This document shows positions 27,106 to 41,286 of a DNA stretch of 64,000 bases, piece by piece. The notes under the pieces were generated by a model, which saw only the letters and a program-made list of their open reading frames with translations, had not been told where the DNA came from and did no database searches. The translations under genes and the position numbers were made by a program. The DNA comes from Lophium mytilinum (Eukaryota), in assembly GCA_010093605.1 (NCBI GenBank), contig MU004185.1:1819334-1883333 (forward strand), in the 5' to 3' direction. Positions within the stretch are counted from its first letter, which is position 1. The number at the start of each line of letters is the position of its first letter.

Positions 27106-28093
27106 ATGCAGCCTCGGCTCTCCCTGGCCCATCCCCGGTTCTCAAAACTCCACGAACATCTTGCGACATGTCCGGAAAGCATGGTATTACCTCGTTATGG
27201 AAAGCTCTCGACTGAAATAATATATGAAATTATTGATGATTTCGACGAGAAATGCAAGGAATTCGAAGAAGCGAGGGACCAGCTGGAGGAGTTCCGCCGT
27301 CGGGTGGTGCATGTGAGCAGTGCCGCGAACCCGGAGGCCCAGATCCAAGCTACCGAGAAGGAAATGAAAGAGATCGAGTCCAAGCTCAAAAGGCTCAAGA
27401 CTGAACGGCGGGACCTCTGGTTCATGTATCGTAAGTTTCCAGACTCGAGCAGATCCCCAGCCGTTCCCAGTCGAACGACGCTAAGGATGATACCTAGACA
27501 ACGCGCTCGATAGCTATGGAAAGACCGCCGCATTGCCAGATCCAATCAAGTTCAATCACGGAAACTTCCACGAGGAGGTAAATAACTGTGATCCGGATGC
27601 AGAGATCCATTCGGTGTATGGCTCACTTGGAAGCATAATTGACCGGGATCTCTGTACCCTCAAAGGATATCCACCCATGGACCCCTTCTCCAACTTGATC
27701 ATCTTTCATATTCTTGATCGACTAAGTAAGAGCAAGCGCTTCCAACGCTTCTTCAAGGACAAGTCTACTCAGAAGCTGGGGGTGGTGGCTGGGGTCGTCA
27801 CTAAAGCAACTCACGTAATCAATAGCATCCTTCTGCCCCTCTTTCTCGCAGGTTCTATAATCGGACTCTTCTTCGTCGAATCTATGATAGCTCGACTTGC
27901 TGTTATTGTTGCGTTGCTTTTGGTGTTCTCCTTCGCGGCGATATTCTTCGTGAGATCGGGTCGGAACGACATGGTCATCTTTATGTCGGCGTAGGTCTTG
28001 GCAAGCTAGAATGCCTCATGCATATGGCTAACATGAAGCAGATATGCGGCTGTATTGGTAGTCTTCGTGAGCGGCAATGTGTCGTCTCATTGA
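27106..28093 (+). CDS. DUF6594-like protein (copy 2); exons 27106-27430, 27498-27990, 28042-28093
   Basis: Coiled-coil N-half ending MY|HNAL; TM helices (ILLPLFLAGSIIGLFFV, RLAVIVALLLVFSFAAIFFV); family-typical C-terminus SAYAAVLVVFVSG; canonical GTAAGT and GTAGGT introns. Confidence 0.82.
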
Positions 28094-31000
28094 AAAGAGC
28101 AATCAAGCATCATAGAGATGAGGTTGAAGGAATTTCCGCGAGTAAGTCTAGCCTCCAGGCTCCCGTCCACACCGCCTCCCCCCCCCTGGTCCCCGGTCCA
28201 TCTCCGACAGCCTCAAAACCATGGCCAAGCATTCCACGTGACCCCCCCTAAGATGATGGGAAGGGGCTGATGATATGACAGCATAAAAGATCGCCAGTGG
28301 CGCTTGACGACACACGAGTAGCCGAATAATCCAATTTTGAGGGCACAAAATGGCAGTCCTTTCTTTCAGGTCCAGAACAACCTAGAGCAGTACAAACAAA
28401 AAGGATAGAATCTACGATCAGGTCTCCTGCGCTTCCTGTCATGTGTCCCGGCCTCACTTAACGCTGCGGGCGTCGAGGCCCGTCCTATTTGACCCCAGTC
28501 CAGCGAGACAGGAAACGAACCGTGCTATGGTGTCGCACCGCACCTCTACGCCGAGGCCTTCAAACACCAGAAGGTAAGATTGAGGAATGATGATGATGGC
28601 TTGACTTGATTCACCGTGTGGTCAAACCTTGGAAGGGGCTTGTAAAGAGGCTGGCTTGCCAGTCTCGCCCCGTTTCTATGGTGCAGACCGCAGCGGAGAC
28701 TCTAACCTCCCCCTTCGCACACAGCAGCCTCCCTAACACACTCAAAGCGCGTCCTCGCTCACCTGGACCCCTCTCCGCGCCCACGATATCAAGGTGCATC
28801 TATTCGTTTCGAGGGCTCTTCCCAAAGAAGCATTTAGATATCGATTTGATTCCCCCGTACACATTGCAACTCCCTCCTGATCAACACGGTTCTCTGGTCC
28901 GCGGAACCCTTCTCTAGTTACTTTCATGGCCATGGCCTCAGGCCGGGCAGTCTTCATCCCATTCTCCCGATGGCACCACAAGCCTACACGTATGGCTCGC
29001 CCTCATCGTGTCCCTTGTCACATAGCACTAATACAAACCACTTTATAGCCCAGAGGAACTCGGAGGATGCCCAGAAGGAGCGGTCGCGTCCTGGAGACTT
29101 GCCAGATCATACATATTCCCCTCAAGGCAATACTGCGGACGGTTCGCAAATGACAACCAAGCGCGCAGACGGCAATACAACTTCTCCGTCCGATGAGCAT
29201 AAGATCAACGTCTCTCCTAAAAGATGCTCCACCGCAGCCCCCTAGATCCCAGCCTAATGTCAACCGACGCGACTTTCACGTCAACAAACGCACTTTGAGT
29301 TACGGCACTATCCTCTCGACGATAGCGATTGATTTCGATCATGCTTCGCTCCCGTGGAAGCTTTTGTCTTTGCTACCCTGAGCTACTATCGACAGTCAAG
29401 CTGCCCTGGTCCCTCCTCTAGCCCCATTGTGTCGCCCCACACAAGTATCCAGGATCACCATGCCGCAACGTCTATCCTTAGCTTCATCACAACACAACAT
29501 TGTATTTGATATGGAAAGGTCCGCTATCATGGAGGCCGATTGGATCATCCCGTCGGCGGTTCTGATAGTCGATCTGGGACATCGAGTTAGCAGGTTCTGG
29601 CATATTGGATGAAGGTGGACACTTGTTACTTGGACTTACCTATTCGTTCATAGAGTAAAGACAGTTCACAGACTCGTATCATCTCAAATACTCTTGCCGA
29701 CTTGAAGGTGTGCTAGAACGGAAGGAAACGCGATATTCGTCTTTGTACTAATTCTCCGACCGCAGCAAACAGGGATACACGGCTCCTCCACTGATTTCAG
29801 AGAAGGTTATGATACCAGGTTAGACTATCTCAGATGCAGGCTGATTGTCGCGTTACGGACTCATCTAGAAGGCTATGCTGCCAGCCACCGCAGACTACCT
29901 ATCACGCTATCAGCTATTACCCCAACGGAAGCAAAGAGCGGTCATAAAACTCTAGAGCCAGAGTGCGAAAATAGAGAGCAAGGTCAGCGTCCAAGTAAGC
30001 AGCCTCATCCATTCGATGTTCATGCACTAGCCTTCCTGGTTGCTTTCCCCTGCCACCGTTCATGGACCCATCTTCGATCTACTCGCTCTCACGACACAGT
30101 AGACATGTTTCATCATTGTCGGTCCGTACCGAGCGGACTTCTTGCTCCGACACAAGCCAATCAAAACTGTTGTTCGTCGTCTAGAAATGAACGCTAATCA
30201 ATTCGCCTAGGATGCGTCCAGAAGGAACAGCAAGCCCACATCACCCCTGCAGAAGAATTCGAGAGTTGAGCAGCTTAAAGTGTACGGCCCTGCATTTCCG
30301 GGAAGCCGAGACATGACTACGCCAAAACCCATCGAAATACGAAATCTGCTGGACCCTCAACCTCCCAGCAAACATACGGCAACCCGGCACCCTCGGAGCG
30401 ACACTACGATTAATCCCACCATCGCCGATAACTGCTATCTCCTATTTCGCGTAGGCTTAGAAAGACAACATCCTAGCTATTCCCACGACACAACCCCTCG
30501 ACTTAGCATATGGTGCCACGAACGCTAGTACGTCTGTAGGGGCTGCTAAACCCTCTCTCGTTCGTTCGACTTAGCACACAAACAACGCACTGACAAGACT
30601 TGTCTATGATGCGAGCGCATATGCAGAGTAAAGAAGGGGAAGCGGAGCGGCTTCTCAGAATGAAAAAAAAACACACAAGACGCTAGTGAGACGCGTACCC
30701 CGGAGCAGGCTCCTGATCTCTCGTTTCAGAGACCAGCCTCTGTTGTCGATATGCTCCGCTCTAAGGAACTGCATTGAAAACCTGTTGCCGGCACCAGTGC
30801 TTACGCTCCGAGACATACTCGTGGTTCGAATACCCCATACTCGGAGGGAGATATAGCAAAGTAAATGGGATCCTTCCACGCGTCTTGAGACAGTGAGAGG
30901 CATTCGAGATTCTATCGTGGAGTCATCTGCACGATCAGCGAACAACATACTGCCTGTGGAGACAACAGCAGTATTGTTAATAGCAATGAACTCTCGAAGC

Positions 31001-32307
31001 CGAATGGTTGGTTGCCGGCGATGAATGATGGACCGACAACTCAGGAGAGAAAGCCTCCCGTCCAATCGGTTGCCGTGCAATCAGCATTCGTTATACCTTC
31101 TCTAGACGTCTTTTACGTGCCTACGCGCCTAGGAACAAGCCAAAACAGTCAAAACCTCACCTTATCACGGCCTCTCCGCATCAAACCTGGCCCCCCAACA
31201 TCGCCGCCGCACAGGGTTGCTATCCAACCAACCAACCAATCTGAGCGACTCAGATTGGTTGGATTGGCGTATTAGTCAGCGAGAGGTTAAATTAGTTGGT
31301 TGGTTGGCCCAATATTAGCCAATTGCTAATTAGTTAGCTAATTAGTGTAGTTAATATATAGTAGTAATACTTAGTATAGTATTAAGTTAAAAACTATTAA
31401 TTTACCTACTATTAATCTTTACTTTAACTTAATATATTATTATATATCTACTTTAATTACTATTCTCTTATAAGCCCGCCGTTTAGTATATTAATAAAAC
31501 CTTCTCTCTTCTATAAAGATAGTAAGATTATTACTTCTATAATATTAATACCTAGTATAGATCTATTTAGAGTCTATAGTAGGCCTATTTAATTAAAGTT
31601 ATATTTATTACTAGTACTTATTACTAGAATAGATAATAGATTAAGAGCTATATAGATAAGGTAAGGGTATTTAGAAAGTCTTAATATTTAATACTTAATT
31701 AGATTAGTTATATAGCGGTTTTTAGTATATATACTATAGGCTAACTATTAAGTATACTTATTCTCTCTAGTAGCTTATAATACTATACTTATAGTAGTAA
31801 AGAATATTATAAAGAAGTTATTCTTATTAAGGGCTAATACTTTCTTCTACTATTATACTATACTAAGTTTAATAGCGCGGTGCTTATATTTTAAGTTTTA
31901 TAGCCGCTATACTCTATTCTTTACTTCTTTAATTTAATTTACCTTACTAATTTAATACTTCTCTATAAAGTTCTACTTATATACTAAATAAAGTACTATA
32001 GCTATAATATAGGTAGATAAATAGTTAGTAAGATTATAGTACTTATTAAGTTTAGTCTAGGTAAGGTTAATATTATACTTAAAGTACTTCTCTAGATAGT
32101 AAGTATATAAGACCTTAAACTTTTTAAAATAGAAAAAAAGATTCTTATATATAGATAGAACCTTTTAAAGAGAACCTTTTTTTTCTTAAAAGATTCTACC
32201 TTCTAGATACTTTATAGCTATTTTAAAGAGCTTTAAAAGCTATAGATACTCTATAATTACTATCTAGTTTTTATTTATAAGAGTATTCTTTATAATAGCC
32301 GGCTACT

Positions 32308-35300
32308 TATAATAGGTTATCTCTTCTATACTTTATAAGTACTTATATAAGGTAGAGTATAGTTTAAGTCTTTATAGGGGTGTAATATTATTTAGAATAG
32401 AAGGTAAATTAATCTTAGATATAAGATAGAGTTACTTATTAGTAGGTATAAGTTACTAATATTAAGTTAAATATAAGGTTTCTATTTATAAGAATAAGTA
32501 TACTTAAATATAAAAGCTAACTTCTAAGAAATCTATAGCTTAGTTTAGATTAGTTAGCTTACTCTCTAATCCTGCTAATCTATAGCTTACTTGCCCCTTT
32601 CTTAGATTACTCTCTAATTCTACTAATTCTACTAATTTATTATATAATCCCCTATCTTATAACTTTATAGCTAGATAGGGGAATCTAGTATATTAAGGTA
32701 TTAGATTCTTATACCCCTAGGTCTAGTATATAGATTATATATAACTAATTTAATCTACTTACTTACTTTCTTAAATACTATAGTAATTAAGTTATTAGTA
32801 TTATAGATTATAATACTTACTTTCTCTTTTAAGGCTTTTAGCCTAAAAGTACTTCTATAGTAGGGTCTTAGATAAATAGCTAGTAATACTCTAAGTACTT
32901 AGGTATTATTATACCCTTCTATTTCTTCTTTTACTATACCTAAGGTTTTAAAATCTACTAAGTCCTTATAGCGTAATCTTCTATCTAATTACTCTATAAA
33001 ATTTAGAACTAAGATGCTATTATATTCTTAGTATTAAAATAAAGGGTTAATCTATAAGGTATTAGAGGGGAATACTTACTATAGTAGCTATATTAAGTTA
33101 AGTAGTATATATAATATCTTTAGTATTAGTACTTCTACCTATAAGTTAGTATAGTCTACTATTATATCTATTAGCTACCTATTCTAGTTAGTTAAGGTAA
33201 ATATTAGTTCCTGCTAACTCTATAGTAGCGAAGCTAGATTATAATATCTAGCGCCTAGAGAAAGAGAAGAAAGCCGCGGCTAATGTAGCGCGCGAGCTTC
33301 TAGCTAAGTCCTTTCGCCTGCGGAAGTAGAAATATCTACTAACTAAGCGGCGATCTAAGATGCTTTATTATGGGTTTTCTTCCCTAGAGGTAATAAAAGA
33401 GAAGAATTATAAAGAGAAGAAGTAGAGAGAATAAGAGTATATTAAGAGGAAAGCCTTACCTTTTATTAGCGCGTTTATCTCTACTAAGTTCTCTAGTCTA
33501 GTAGATTCTGCCTAGTTAGATAATATAATATTACTATTATTCTAGGCTATTCTAGATTCTAGTAATAGAACTATATTACTATCTAGTAGTACTTTCTAAG
33601 GTAGCTTTCTAGTTTCTATATATTTTCTAAGGTATTATATCCTTTCTACTTAATTAGGTACTCTATTTACTAACCTTATATTCTTAAGTCTAGGATTTTA
33701 TTAACCTTATATTTATTATTATTATTAACCTTAATATTATTTTCTAGCTTAGCGTTCTAGGGTGCTAGTTCTAATAGTAAGATATAAAACACTAGGTATA
33801 TCTTTATTTTAGGTAGTAGCCTAAGCTTATAATTTACTAGGCTAATAATATTCTAGATTTTAAATAGTCTAATCTTAATATAGTTAAGTTTTCCGCTTAG
33901 TTATTTTATCTTAATATTTTTTTAGAGTAGGTATACTCTATTCCCCCTCTTAAAAGTAGAAGTAATACGCCTATATTAATTATAATACTATACTAACCTT
34001 TATACTAGAAATTAAATATCTATTAATAGCTGTTTTTATAGTTCTTTAATATTTTTAATAGAAAGTAATGCCCTCTAGGCCTTTATACTACTAATTTATA
34101 GTTCTTAATATACCTTTAGCTTAAAACTATAGTTTATATAGAAGGGTAATACCTTTATTATCTCTATAAATGCGCTATTATAAGTAAACTAAGCTATTAG
34201 TAATAGTAATACCTAATTATTCTGCCTATAATTAATATAGTATTATAGGTATTATTCTAAAGTTTAATTAAGCCTTTCTATCTATCTATCTATCTATAGA
34301 TAGAATACTATAGAGAGCTTATACTTTATCCCTAGTTATATAATAAGAATCTACTAGAATTTTAATATAAAGAGCTTATCTTAGTCTAAAATAACTTCTA
34401 TAGATAGCCTATAATTACTAATAACTACTTATAGAAATATATAGGCTAGATCTTCTACTATTAATAATTTCTAATAAGGTATAAAGTATATATATTTAGT
34501 TAATCTATCTATAATTACTAATATAGTATTATACTTTATACCTATTATAGGTTCTATAGACTATAGTAGCTTAACTATAAAGTTCTACGCTATAGATTTC
34601 TATACCTTTTTAGGTATTAGTAGACTCCTTAGTAGTCTATATAGTATATATTATACTAACTTATTCTTTATATACTTATATTCTATAATAATCCTTTCTA
34701 CTATTTAGCGCATGCCTGGAAAGTAGAAGGTTCTTAATAGTTATTTAATAGTTTTATTAATTTCTTAGTATCTATACGCTAGTGCGCTATAAAAGTCTCT
34801 TATAAGCTTATCTTATAGAGTTATAGGTATAAGTACCCGTTCTTAGAATAGTAGTAGCTCTAACTATTTCTAGGTATTCTAAGTTTTCTATAATTATTAA
34901 CTTGCTAGGTTACTAGTTTACGCTTTCTTAATTCTCTTTTTCTATTCCGCGTTCTTAGCTTAGTATGCTACCGCTAGCTATACGTAGTTAAATTTAAGGG
35001 TTCTAGGACTAATTTCTTATAGTATTATTAGTACCTAACTATAGTCTTTTACTATATAATCTAGCCTTCTACTTAGTGCGTCTATATAGGCATTTTTAGA
35101 TCCTTTTTAATATATAATTTTAAAGTTAAAAGATTCTAGTTTCTCTAACTATTTAATCTATTATTAGTTTAACTCCTTAGTTATTATAAAGTAGGTTAGG
35201 TTTTTATAATCTATATACACCTATACTATATATAGGGCTTCTTTAAGATAAACTTTCTATTATTTAAATGCTTTTACTATAGCTAGCAGTTCCTTATTAT

Positions 35301-38300
35301 AGACGTTATAGTTTAGCTTAGCTAGACTTAGCTTTCTAGAATAGAATACTATAGGGTGCATCTTTTCTTATTTATCTAGCTAGTTAAGTATAGCTTCTAA
35401 TGCTTTATCTAATGTATTACTTTTAATAGTTATTAGTTTCTAAGGATTAAAGATTACTAATACTAGTCTTAAAGTAAACTATACTTTTAATTTATTAAAT
35501 GTAACCTAGGTATCTAAGGTCTATTAATACTCTATATCCTTTTATATAAGTCTAGTAAGTAGTTCTATAATCTTTAAGTATTCCTTAATAAATTATTAAT
35601 AGTAGTTTACTAAACCTAGAAAGAACTATAACTTCTTTAAGTTTTTAGGTTCTAGCTATTCTATAATAGATATAACTTTAGCTTTCTCTATCTTAATTCT
35701 ATCTAGACTAATAATATATTCTAGGAATCTAACTCTTTATACGTAGAACTTATATTTCTCTAACTTAACCGCAAGATTATATTCTTTAAGTTTCCCTAGT
35801 ACTTTCTTAATATACTCTTTATATTCTTCTTTATTCTCTAAGTAGATTAGGATATTATTAAGGTATACTACTACGAACCGGTCTAGGTATCCCTATAGAG
35901 CTATATTTACTACTACTTAAAATATAGCTAGCGCGTTTATAAGACTAAATAGTATAACTATATACTTAAAGTGTCTATATTAGGTTCTAAAGGCTATTTT
36001 CTATTCTTCTTCTTTCTTTATTCTTATAAGGTAGTAGCCCTCTTAGAGGTCTAGCTTTATAAAGTATTTTACCTTATATAAATAGTTTTTTAGTTCTAAG
36101 ATTAAGGGTAAAAGATAATAGTTTTTAATAGTAATACTATTAAGCTGTCTATAGTCTATATAGAGGCGCATTTTACTATCTTTCTTTAGAATAAATATTA
36201 CTAGGTAATCTACAGGTAATTCTAATAGTTAAATAAATTCTTACTTTAGGTTCTTATCTAGGTATTTCTTAAGTATTGCTAGCTTATTCTAGGATAATAA
36301 ATAAATTAGTCTAAACTTAGGTTGTTCGCCTAGTTCTAGGGGTATCTAGTAATTCTAAGGTTAGTGCTTTAGTAACGCATTCTAAACCTTTTTCTAGAAG
36401 ATTTCTTTAAATTCTTTATATACTTTTAGCATATCTAGTACTCTAGCTACTTTAGCTAGCTACTAGTTATTAAGATTTATAGGTTAGTACTAAAATTAGC
36501 CTACTATCTATTCTTTTCTTTAGGCCCTCTATACGCCTCTTAAGGATATTATATTAATCTTTAATTTTTACTTAGGCTTATTCTAGCGCGGGGTGCCTTT
36601 TAGTCCGCTTTCTAGTTAGAATTATATTTTATTAGATTTCTAATTAACTTAGGGGTTATACTATCTTAGCTAAGGTATTTCTAAGATTATATTATATCTT
36701 ACTATATTTATAATATCTATACTAATAGTTTCTCTATATTTATTAATCTATATAACTTCTAGTTAAGTTTCTATAGTTATGCGTCTACTACTATACTTTA
36801 CTAGGCTTCTATCTACTAAATATAATCTATAGAGTTTATCTTTTAATTACTATAGAATCTAGTTTTCTTTAATAAAGGTGTAGAATATATAGTTTTTCTA
36901 AGCGCTACTATCTAGTAGTGCCCTTATAGGTTTTCTACTAATTATTACTCTAATAATTATATATTAGTTATTGGAAATAGGTAAGAAGTTAGGCTTTATT
37001 GCTAGGTTCTTCTTCCCCTTTACTTACTTTAGTTCTATTTCTACTATAGTAGTAATAGTTACTAATAACTCTCTATAGGTTATCTCTAAGGACCTTTTAT
37101 TTAGCTGCTCTAGCTATTCTTTAGTATAAGCGCCTGCTTATTTTTTAACTATTTATAAGGCTAATAGTTTATATATTTCTTTTTATAATATATAAGGTAA
37201 GAGTTCTAGTAGTAAATTCTCTAGTTTTATTCTTTTCTATAGTCTATAGGGTACTATAGATCTAGTATAAATATTACTATTTCTATTTCTTTATTCTTAT
37301 TTTCTATAATATAGTATTTAGCCTCTCTTACTAATACTAGGTAGGTAATAATATAGAATCTTATTTAGTATAGATACTACTTATAGCTCTCCTTATAGAA
37401 TAGGTGCTTTTAATACTAGTTCTCTATATAAGATAGCTAGAATATCTATCTATAAAGTAAATAGTTATAGTCTAGCCTAGAGTCTTTCTAGCTATATATA
37501 CTCTTTTCCCTAATAGGTTATATACTTCTATAGATTTAGATGCTAGTGCTGCGTCTATATAGTTCTAGTAGTTCTCTAGCAGGTACTAGGCTAATTTCTC
37601 CGTTACTAGTCTATTCTAAATCCTCTTATTTTTTCTTACTAGAGGGTTCTTACTCTAGATTAAAAGTTCTAGGTATATAGTAGTTACTTATAACTATTTT
37701 AAGTAGAGCTTATTCTCTATATTCTAGTTATAGTAAGAAGTACTATTATATAACCTTATTAATAGCCTATTATATCTCTAGGGATTCTAGTTTTATGCTA
37801 CTATTAGAGTCTATCTCCTATTCTATTTTAACCCTAGTTACTTATTTAAGTAGTAATCTAATTATCTTATATAATTCTTTTATTTCTAGGTAGTTAACCT
37901 CTATCTTATTATACTCTATATCGGTATAGTAGTTATTAAGGCAGTTATTCTTATTAATATACTCTTTATTAGTTATTATAGCTATAGTATATATTTTCTT
38001 AGGTTTATATAGATAGTAGCCTAATCCCTACTTATTAGATTAGTAGGTAAAGCAGTTATTATTATAGCACGTAGTCTATAATATAGCCTTATAACTAACT
38101 TTAGGCGTCTTTATTATTACTACTACTATTTAGTTATTATTACCTTTAGAGTACTTATTTATAAAGTATTCTATCTCTCTATATTATAGGCACGCGCCCT
38201 TTTTATATTATTTCTATTTTTCTTTATCTAATAGCGGTTAGTACTTGCGTTTCTTATATTATTTAGTATAATCTAGTTCTATTAGTTCCCTAGAGTAGTA

Positions 38301-39618
38301 TATAATTATTTCTCTCTTATATACTAGTATATAGGGTTATAGGCCCTTATAGTTAGTTTTCTCTATATGTCTTTTATATTATTAATTATTAATATAGATT
38401 ACTATCTTCTAGAGTCTATAGACTATTACTAGTCTATTACCTCTAGTAATTTTATTTTTAATATCTTCTTTAAGACCTCTATAGTACTATACTACTAGAG
38501 CTTTATCTTTCTATACTAGCTTTAAGAATATCTATATAAACTTTAAGGTATAGCGGCTAGCTAAGCTATACTATTTTAGGTTCTTAATTTATTATTCTAT
38601 AGTTTAGGTTTTATTAATATCTCTAAAGGTAGTTTAGAGCGCTATTTTAAAGTTTTAGTAGTTACTAAATATATTATTAGTCTCTATTTTTCTTTCTACT
38701 AGTTTAGTAGTATAGAGCTAGTCTATAAGTACTAGATTAAACTAGTTAAATACTTCTTTCTTAAGAAAGGTTACTACTATGCAGACCTTATCTAACTTAA
38801 ATATAAAGTTATTACTATTATTAAGTAGGTATAGCTTTATCTACGTTAAGAAGGCTTATAGAGTTTCTCTATTACCTAAGAACTTTTTAGGTTTCTTTAT
38901 CTTATATTCTCTATAGCTACTAGTTACCTTACTAGTTATAACCTCCCCTTAAATGGCCTAGAGGTGGCCCTAGAGGGCTAGAATCTTCTTATTCTTAGTT
39001 TTATTCTAGAGTTCTAACTATTAAACCTAAGTAAGTAGCGTTTATATTTATCCCGCTATATTAGCTATTATTAGTATAGGGCCTTAGATAGTACTTCTCT
39101 AAGGGGTCTATAGTAGTACTATTTTAATTAGGTATTTATATATAATTCTCTAATATAGTAGTATTTAAAGTATAATAGGTTATCTCTTCTATACTTTATA
39201 AGTACTTATATAAGGTAGAGTATAGTTTAAGTCTTTATAGGGGTGNNNNNNNNNNAATATTATTTAGAATAGAAGGTAAATTAATCTTAGATATAAAATA
39301 GAGTTACTTATTAGTAGGTATAAGTTACTAATATTAAGTTAAATATAAGGTTTCTATCTATAAGAATAAGTGTGCTTAAATATAAAAGCTAATTTCTAAG
39401 AAATCTATAGCTTAGTCTAGATTAGTTAGCTTACTTTCTAATTCTACTAATCTATAGCTTACTTGCCCCTTTCTTAAATTACTCTCTAATCCTGCTAATT
39501 CTACTAATCTATTATATAATCCCCTATCTTATAACTTTATAGCTAGGCAGGGGAATCTAGTATATTAAGGCGTTAAATTCTTATACCTCTAGATCTAGTA
39601 TATAGATTATGCATAACT
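32308..39618 (-). mobile_element. RIP-inactivated Ty3/gypsy chromovirus LTR retrotransposon A; right end runs into an N gap
   Basis: Direct repeats of >=430 bp at 32308-~32746 and 39171-39618. Minus-strand relics: protease ALLDSGA (~36900-36925), RT VVVYL(DD>NN)ILIY (~35845-35875), RNase H HPVAFYSRKLSPAELNY..DKELLAIV (~35270-35362), integrase FHPQTDGQTER (~34275-34310), chromodomain EYLIKWKGY..ENTWEP (~33610-33710). Confidence 0.92.
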
Positions 39619-40213
39619 NNNNNNNNNNNNNNNNNNNNNNNNNNNNNNNNNNNNNNNNNNNNNNNNNNNNNNNNNNNNNNNNNNNNNNNNNNNNNNNNNN
39701 NNNNNNNNNNNNNNNNNNNNNNNNNNNNNNNNNNNNNNNNNNNNNNNNNNNNNNNNNNNNNNNNNNNNNNNNNNNNNNNNNNNNNNNNNNNNNNNNNNNN
39801 NNNNNNNNNNNNNNNNNNNNNNNNNNNNNNNNNNNNNNNNNNNNNNNNNNNNNNNNNNNNNNNNNNNNNNNNNNNNNNNNNNNNNNNNNNNNNNNNNNNN
39901 NNNNNNNNNNNNNNNNNNNNNNNNNNNNNNNNNNNNNNNNNNNNNNNNNNNNNNNNNNNNNNNNNNNNNNNNNNNNNNNNNNNNNNNNNNNNNNNNNNNN
40001 NNNNNNNNNNNNNNNNNNNNNNNNNNNNNNNNNNNNNNNNNNNNNNNNNNNNNNNNNNNNNNNNNNNNNNNNNNNNNNNNNNNNNNNNNNNNNNNNNNNN
40101 NNNNNNNNNNNNNNNNNNNNNNNNNNNNNNNNNNNNNNNNNNNNNNNNNNNNNNNNNNNNNNNNNNNNNNNNNNNNNNNNNNNNNNNNNNNNNNNNNNNN
40201 NNNNNNNNNNNNN
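39619..40213. other. Assembly gap (N run); 10-N gaps also at 39246-39255 and 45196-45205
   Basis: Runs of n in the sequence. Confidence 1.
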
Positions 40214-40440
40214 AATAAATAGGTAGTATATATTAAAATAGGAAGAATAAGTAATAAAATAGAAAGGCTAAGTAATAAAATAGAAAGGCTACTATATTCT
40301 ACCTATTTATTATATACTACCTATTTATCTACGTAATAAATAAATAGGTAGTATATAATAGCCTTACTATAAATAGGTAGTATATAATAGCCTTACTATA
40401 AATAGATAGTATATAATAGCCTTTCTATTTTATTACACAT
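40214..40440. repeat. Short array of direct and inverted repeats, possibly the end of a small TIR element or MITE
   Basis: aaataggtagtatataatagcctt occurs about three times. gtaataaaatagaaaggcta occurs twice, with its reverse complement tagcctttctattttattac at ~40417-40436. Confidence 0.55.
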
Positions 40441-41286
40441 TAATATACCTACTCTTATCTAATTCTAAACTATTTAAATATCTCTACTACTACCTCTTTA
40501 ATATAGGTTCTATAGTACTAGTCTATTATTTCTAGTAGGGCTAGTATAATAGAATAGTACTAATAGATAGCGTCTATAAAATAGTAATTAATGCCTAGTA
40601 GTACTTTATAATTATATACTATCTAAAGATCTATAGAGAAGTAAAGCTTTCTAGGCGCTATAGAGAGGAGTTCTTTAATAGCTTTCTAATAGTATTAATA
40701 TTTAGAAAGTATATAGCTTTATAGTATTATATAGTATAGTAAGTAATAGCTAATACTAATAGCCTAATTAAAGTAGATAAGAAGAGTATAAAAGTGCGGG
40801 CTTTTAATAGTAATAAGAGGAATCTTAGTATATATAACCTATTAAATTAGTAGCTAGAAAAAGTGCGTAGATATAAAGGACTAAATAATAGTATTAATTT
40901 ACTCTTACTTATAAGAATTACTAGTAGAGAGCTTAAGCTAATTAATAATACTAAGCTATTTTAGCTTATTAGCGGCGTATTTACCTATATTAATCTAATA
41001 GTATTTAGATAGATACTTAGTATAGTTATTAGTACCTAGCGTAGTATAGATATAGGTCTAACTCTACTAGGCCTTTAATATATAGTAGAGCTTATAGTAC
41101 TAGAATCTTTTATCTATATCTATTTATATATTATAGCTATACTTCTATATCTCTTCTATTCTATTATACTATAACCGCGTTAGTTTATAATAGCTAAGAA
41201 GATAGTTCTATTTAATACCGTTATAGGTATTTAAGTAGCGCAGCTACTTAGCTACCTTATATTATTATTACTTATAGAATACTTAT

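Noticed and set aside
28100..31200. Short ORFs next to the TE island as possible effector genes
   Set aside because: No convincing signal peptide with a Cys-rich mature region found by eye.
39609..40226. 205-aa ORF in the track
   Set aside because: Artefact of translating the N gap.
40300..40430. CRISPR-like repeat array
   Set aside because: Eukaryotic context, and the units are tandem without unique spacers.
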